In this document: one piece after another, positions 59,288-64,000 of the stretch
How positions within the stretch are numbered: the first letter of the stretch is position 1
How the letters are laid out: every line of letters starts with the position of its first letter
Source: an uncultured Candidatus Sumerlaeota bacterium
GTDB taxonomy: Bacteria > CAYMEV01
NCBI GenBank assembly: GCA_964389675.1
Contig: CAYMEV010000001.1
Span: 220,539 to 284,538 of the forward strand
DNA length: 64,000 nucleotides
Direction of reading: 5' to 3'
Made by a program: the position numbers and the translations under genes
The notes under the pieces: generated by a model
Seen by the model: the letters and a program-made list of their open reading frames with translations, nothing else
Told to the model about the DNA's origin: nothing
The model's database searches: none

Positions 59288-60295
59288 ATGAGAATATTTT
59301 TGGATTTCAACCACCCTGCCCATGTGCACCTTTTCAAAAACTTCATTATGGAATTCCAGAAAATGGGGCATAAGTTCCTCCTGTCTTCCCGGGACAAGGA
59401 ATGCTCATACAGCCTTCTGGACGCTTACGGCCTTGACTATATAAAAAGAAGGGGCTACAGGGGGATAAAAAAGGTCTCAGGCCTGTTTGCAATAAACTAT
59501 TTTCTTCACCATATAGCAAAGGATTTCAAACCGGACATACTCATAGGGGGGGTAGGCAATGCCTATATAGCCCATACAGCTGTCCTGCTGGGTAAGCCGT
59601 CATTCATCTTCGACGATACGGAATATTCAAAACTTCAGAACCTGATGACATTCCCTTTTGCAAAAAATATAATCACACCTTCATGCTTTACCATAAACCT
59701 GGGTAAAAAGCAGATCAGGCACAACAGCTACCATGAGCTTGCCTACCTGCACCCTCACAGGTTCAGGCCAGACCCCGGCATAATAAAAAAAGCCGGTATC
59801 AGCTGTCCCTACGCCCTGGTAAGGTTTGTTGACTGGCAGGCATCCCATGACATTTTAGGACACGGAATAAAAAACAAGACAGGGCTTATAAGAAAGCTTT
59901 CAGAACGTGTAAATGTCCTTATATCCTCTGAGAAAAAGCTCCCCATGGAGCTTGAAGGATACAGGATAAAGCTCCATGCATCAAAACTCCATGACCTGAT
60001 CGCGGGAAGCTCCCTTTATATAGGCGAGAGTGCCACCATGGCATCTGAATCAGCGGTCCTCGGTATCCCTTCAATACTGGTCTCCAACTCTACCAGGGGA
60101 TATATCAGGGACCTTTCCGGCTACGGCCTGGTCCACCGCTTTAAGAGGGAAAAGCATGCCTTGAATAAGGCTTTTGAGATACTGGCCGATAATGATTCAG
60201 CAGTCATCTATCAGGAAAAAAGAAAAAAAATGCTTTCTGATAAAATATGCCTCACAGACTGGATGCTTGGTTTCTTTTCGGCATTAAAGGCCTGA
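59288..60295 (+). CDS. DUF354-like protein (GT-B-like fold)
   Basis: HPAHVHLFK, DDTE, HELAYLHP and ATMASESAVLG motifs; ATG 59288 preferred. Confidence 0.8.
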   Translation: MRIFLDFNHPAHVHLFKNFIMEFQKMGHKFLLSSRDKECSYSLLDAYGLDYIKRRGYRGIKKVSGLFAINYFLHHIAKDFKPDILIGGVGNAYIAHTAVLLGKPSFIFDDTEYSKLQNLMTFPFAKNIITPSCFTINLGKKQIRHNSYHELAYLHPHRFRPDPGIIKKAGISCPYALVRFVDWQASHDILGHGIKNKTGLIRKLSERVNVLISSEKKLPMELEGYRIKLHASKLHDLIAGSSLYIGESATMASESAVLGIPSILVSNSTRGYIRDLSGYGLVHRFKREKHALNKAFEILADNDSAVIYQEKRKKMLSDKICLTDWMLGFFSALKA

Positions 60296-60678
60296 TCAGG
60301 CAATATTTTCCTGTATTTAGAATCATCGGGATAATGAATTAAATATGGATTTTATGGGGTCATTTAAAAGAGAATCGGGAACACCCGGCCATTTTTCTAA
60401 TCATGGCTATGGATCATATCAATCACGGATGTTCCCGATTCAGATGAATTTTTCTCATTGCTGATTTTCCTCTCCTAATTCTTAAATATATGCCCCTGCA
60501 GATAATTTTCAAGTCAGAATATGCTTTTTTATTAAAAATATTTTCCTGATATCTGACCGCCGGGCTATAAATAGCCAGACTCCTGCTTTTATCCGGCAAA
60601 AGGCCGATATCTGGCAAAGGCCTGGATTGCGAACCTTGAATAAAAACTCAATAAAAAATAAGACATTGCAGAGTGATC

Positions 60679-61884
60679 CTAAGATATCAGACTCCTGAAT
60701 TCAGGGTTCATCCCTGCTTTTAAGGTCACAAGCGCCAGGAACATCCATGCATGTGAACGCTTTATATAGGGTATTCTGTTGACCAGGCCCCTGTGCTTCC
60801 TGTAATAGAAATAGCCTTTTTTCCTGTCAAACATGTTGTTTACAGTCCATTCGGCAATCTTTCCTGCAAATTCCAGATATTCCGGGTCAATACCGCCCAT
60901 GGCAGTAAGGGTGATTATCCCCTGTGACTGGTTGTGGATATCAACGGGGAATTTCTTCGGGATCCTGAACAGCGACATGCCGTTTCCAAGGAACTGGTGG
61001 CTTCTGTAAAACCTGGCGCCCCTTTCAAGGGCATCTCTGTATTTTTCATCATTGATCTGCGTATATTTCATAAAATCCATGATGGAGTCCAGTATGAAAC
61101 CCTGGTGAAAATCTATCTGCTTTTTCTCCTGCCCTGTTCTTGGATTAAGCCTGTAGTACCAGTGCCCGTCATATGCCTGGTGCCTGAGTGTCCAGTCAGC
61201 GCACTTTCTTGCAGTATCAAAATATACATCCTTCCCGGTAAGTCTGTAGAGTATTGCCATCACCCGGCATGCCAGCATATTGGCATTGTAGACAAGATTC
61301 CTGTACCTGGTGCTGTAGGAAAAACATATGCCGTCATCATCCTCTGTTCTTGGAATATCATTCAGTATGAAATCTCCAGCACTTTCTATTATAGCGGGGA
61401 CATCCTTATTGCCTGCTGTCAGGTAATACTGATAGAGCCCGAGGCATACAAAGCATGTAGCAACAATATTGGGCTCATTTTTCCTGATATAGAATATCCT
61501 GTCCTGCCAGGAGAAGTTATATCCCCAGCAGTAACCGCTGTATCCCCTGCTGTGGTTTTCAGAAAGCCATTTATAAAGAAATTCCATTATCCCTCTGTCA
61601 GATTCACCGCCCTCCATTTCATAAAGAAGGCTGTAAGCCTTGAGAAAAAGCCCCATTGCCTTTGCATTCCAACCCTTTCTAATTCCGAGAAAAGGCCTTA
61701 TGTTTACAGGGTTTCTTATCTGGACCTGGTTTGAGATATACCTTATCCATTTTCCCATGAATCTCAGGGGTATCCATGAGTTAAGCACATCCTGGGGCTC
61801 ATACCCCCTGAAATTCTGCTTTTCCAGATATGCTTTAAGCCTGTACAGTGCATCCGTTGTCATTTCCTTTATATCACTCATCAT
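60679..61884 (-). CDS. Polysaccharide-cluster protein, probable (alpha/alpha)6 barrel
   Basis: WGYNFSWQ, YNAN, DFHQGF and DIHN motifs; start 61884 or 61881 after GGGGG RBS, overlapping the GT4 stop. Confidence 0.65.
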   Translation of the reverse strand: MMSDIKEMTTDALYRLKAYLEKQNFRGYEPQDVLNSWIPLRFMGKWIRYISNQVQIRNPVNIRPFLGIRKGWNAKAMGLFLKAYSLLYEMEGGESDRGIMEFLYKWLSENHSRGYSGYCWGYNFSWQDRIFYIRKNEPNIVATCFVCLGLYQYYLTAGNKDVPAIIESAGDFILNDIPRTEDDDGICFSYSTRYRNLVYNANMLACRVMAILYRLTGKDVYFDTARKCADWTLRHQAYDGHWYYRLNPRTGQEKKQIDFHQGFILDSIMDFMKYTQINDEKYRDALERGARFYRSHQFLGNGMSLFRIPKKFPVDIHNQSQGIITLTAMGGIDPEYLEFAGKIAEWTVNNMFDRKKGYFYYRKHRGLVNRIPYIKRSHAWMFLALVTLKAGMNPEFRSLIS

Positions 61885-62992
61885 TTTCCCCCTGGATAAT
61901 AAGCCTATAGAGCTTATCAAGCCTTTTACCTGCACCGGATGCATAAAGGTTCCTTCTTGCATGGTGATAATTGAAAATGGATATCTCTTTCCGCTTTTCC
62001 CTGTCATTTATCAGCTTTTCAGCAAGCTCTGCGATCTCGCCCGCTGAACCTCCCTTTGCCATATAACCCATCCGCCCCTGGATAAAAAAATCAGGAATCC
62101 CCCCCACATCATTTGTAATTACAGGCAGGCCGAAAGCAATAGCCTCCACCATGGCAATCGGCATGGAATCCATGCAGGTGGGCAGGATAAAAATGTCAGA
62201 TTGTGCAAACAGCCTTCTTTTTGCCTCCCCTTCGACATTCCCTTCTATAACAATGCCTTCATAATGCATGGATTTTATATATCTTCTCAGCCTGCCAAGC
62301 ATGCTCCCTTCCCCTGCAACGCTTAAAAGTATTTTATCATGCCTTTTCTTAAGTATTGCATAGGCATCAACTGCCTCAAATATCCCCTTCTGCCTTTCAA
62401 TCCTTGATAGAAAAAGCATTTTTAGGCAGTCATCCTCATTATTAAATCTCCTGTGTATATCATTTTCAGAAAATTCCCCTATAAGAGCATCATCAGCAAA
62501 TGTTGATTCCTTTATTATTTTCCCTCTGTATCCCCATTCTTTCAGCTTAATGCCGGCACTTTCTGTCATGGCTGTAATGCTTGAGCTGTAGAAGAAGAGC
62601 CGGCGGTATATCCTGCCTGCCATGCCCTTTTCAATATGTTTCTCAAACATTTTGTTCCATCCGTGATATGACAGCAAAACCCTTTTTCCAGTTATTCCCG
62701 ATATAAGCATAAATGCTGAATCCCTCAATACAGCCGCCGGGCTGAAGGTTGAATTTATATGTATTAATGATACTTTCCCGAGGCATATAATAAAAAACCT
62801 GAAATAATCATAAAGAAGGATAAACGGGCTGCTAAGCCTGAAGAACACGCCCTCTCCCCTTCTTCCCCTGACAAAGCACCTTATTTTACCCCGCAGGTAT
62901 TTTGAAAGGACTCTCCAGTATGATGCCTGGCCTCCTGCCTTCTTCGGTGAAGGGATAAGAACAAGTATTTTATTCTCTTTCATCTCCGGCAT
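61874..62992 (-). CDS. Glycosyltransferase family 4
   Basis: SRIERQKG and DSMPIAMVEA…GLPVI…VGGI motifs. Confidence 0.88.
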   Translation of the reverse strand: MPEMKENKILVLIPSPKKAGGQASYWRVLSKYLRGKIRCFVRGRRGEGVFFRLSSPFILLYDYFRFFIICLGKVSLIHINSTFSPAAVLRDSAFMLISGITGKRVLLSYHGWNKMFEKHIEKGMAGRIYRRLFFYSSSITAMTESAGIKLKEWGYRGKIIKESTFADDALIGEFSENDIHRRFNNEDDCLKMLFLSRIERQKGIFEAVDAYAILKKRHDKILLSVAGEGSMLGRLRRYIKSMHYEGIVIEGNVEGEAKRRLFAQSDIFILPTCMDSMPIAMVEAIAFGLPVITNDVGGIPDFFIQGRMGYMAKGGSAGEIAELAEKLINDREKRKEISIFNYHHARRNLYASGAGKRLDKLYRLIIQGENDE

Positions 62993-63075
62993 TATAAATT
63001 TATTTGCAAATAGTAAGATCTAAATTTATGCTACTGATAAATCTATCATATAAACAGGCTCATATACAGATAAAA

Positions 63076-64000
63076 ATGGCAAGGATACTATTCAGCTTAA
63101 GCTCCTACGGTACAGGGGGAAAGGAAAAACAGCTCACAGAGATAATACGCGGCATGAGGCACCACAGCATACACCTCCTGTGCAAGAATTACTCCGGGCA
63201 TTTCTTCCCGTCCATAAGATCCTGCCTGGACAGCTGCCTGGACCTGGGCAAAAAAAGGCTTTCCCCTTCAGACCTTCTTAGAATAAAAAGATATGTAAAA
63301 GGCATAAAACCAGATATAGTCATTCCCTTCTGCTTTACAAATGCCAATATAATGCTCTCGCTGAAACATATCTTTCTCATGAAATACCATATCCTGAACT
63401 ATACCATAAGGGATGTGATGCCCTTCGGGAACAGGTCATACCTTATAAACAGAATATTCCTCAACCTCCAGAAACATGTCATAGCAAATTCCCTTGCAGG
63501 CCTGAAGGCATACAGGCAGGACGGGAAAAAGGGCAGGTATGTTATAAGAAACGGCTATGATACTTCAAAAATTCTAAAATCCGATCCATCTGAAGCAAGA
63601 AAGGCTCTTAATCTTGATGATGATTCTTTTATCATATCCATGATTGCAAGGCTTGATAGGACAAAGGACCATGACACACTGCTTCAAGCAGCATCATATC
63701 TGAAGGATAAGGGATTAAATGATATGATCTTTCTTATTACAGGGGATGGAGAAAAAAGAGAATACCTTGCCGACAGGATAATAAGCCTCGGTATTGAAGA
63801 TTCAGTAAAAATGCTTGGATACAGAAAAGACATAGAGAATATACTCATTGCATCAGACATCTCACTTCTTCTTTCATACAGTGAAGGCATTCCAAACTCC
63901 ATTCTGGAATCTTTTGCATACCGAAGGCCTGTTATAGCAACCGGCTCAGGAGGCATCCCGGAGATCATAGAGGACGGCTCTGAAGGATTCATACTGGATC
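63076..64000 (+). CDS. Glycosyltransferase family 4, 3'-truncated by window edge (absent from the ORF track)
   Basis: ATG 63076 gives MARILFSLSSYGTGGKEKQL; in-frame EGIPNSILES…PVIATGSGGIPE near the window end. Confidence 0.88.
   Translation, partial: MARILFSLSSYGTGGKEKQLTEIIRGMRHHSIHLLCKNYSGHFFPSIRSCLDSCLDLGKKRLSPSDLLRIKRYVKGIKPDIVIPFCFTNANIMLSLKHIFLMKYHILNYTIRDVMPFGNRSYLINRIFLNLQKHVIANSLAGLKAYRQDGKKGRYVIRNGYDTSKILKSDPSEARKALNLDDDSFIISMIARLDRTKDHDTLLQAASYLKDKGLNDMIFLITGDGEKREYLADRIISLGIEDSVKMLGYRKDIENILIASDISLLLSYSEGIPNSILESFAYRRPVIATGSGGIPEIIEDGSEGFILD

Noticed and set aside
60296-60678. 383-bp gap between convergent genes as an ncRNA or small gene
   Set aside because: No convincing structure, RBS or family motif was seen
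60934-61734. Long antisense ORFs (also 17215-17862, 19477-20073 and 49206-49754)
   Set aside because: They lie opposite well-supported genes and show no recognisable motifs, so they are treated as shadow ORFs

Overview
Gene-dense bacterial chromosomal window, moderately AT-rich, probably from an anaerobic diderm (PpiD, Tat/Sec signals, lipoproteins, ORP-like Fe-S cluster). I found no rRNA, tRNA, CRISPR array, transposase or phage genes. Contents in order: a partial STAND-ATPase/TPR protein, a GT-C glycosyltransferase, rmuC, an ArsR-ABC exporter operon, and an RRM protein. An envelope-modification region (9-22.5 kb) holds a frameshifted MBOAT plus SGNH pair, a 1130-aa membrane sulfatase-fold protein, and the best candidate for a new system: a five-gene operon coupling a YidC paralogue that lacks the groove arginine and a TagF-like transferase to a complete 2-hydroxyethylphosphonate pathway (CyTase-PepM, Ppd, reductase). 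Then come a secreted serpin, a NifX/MinD-FeS/DUF5320/DUF134 cluster with a palindromic operator on its promoter, and three distinct TldD/PmbA pairs (Tat-signal, cytoplasmic with a triple operator array, Sec-signal). The window ends with a metal-chelate ABC importer, a frameshifted AbiEii-like toxin module, and the start of a polysaccharide cluster. All calls come from motif recognition by eye; no database searches were run.
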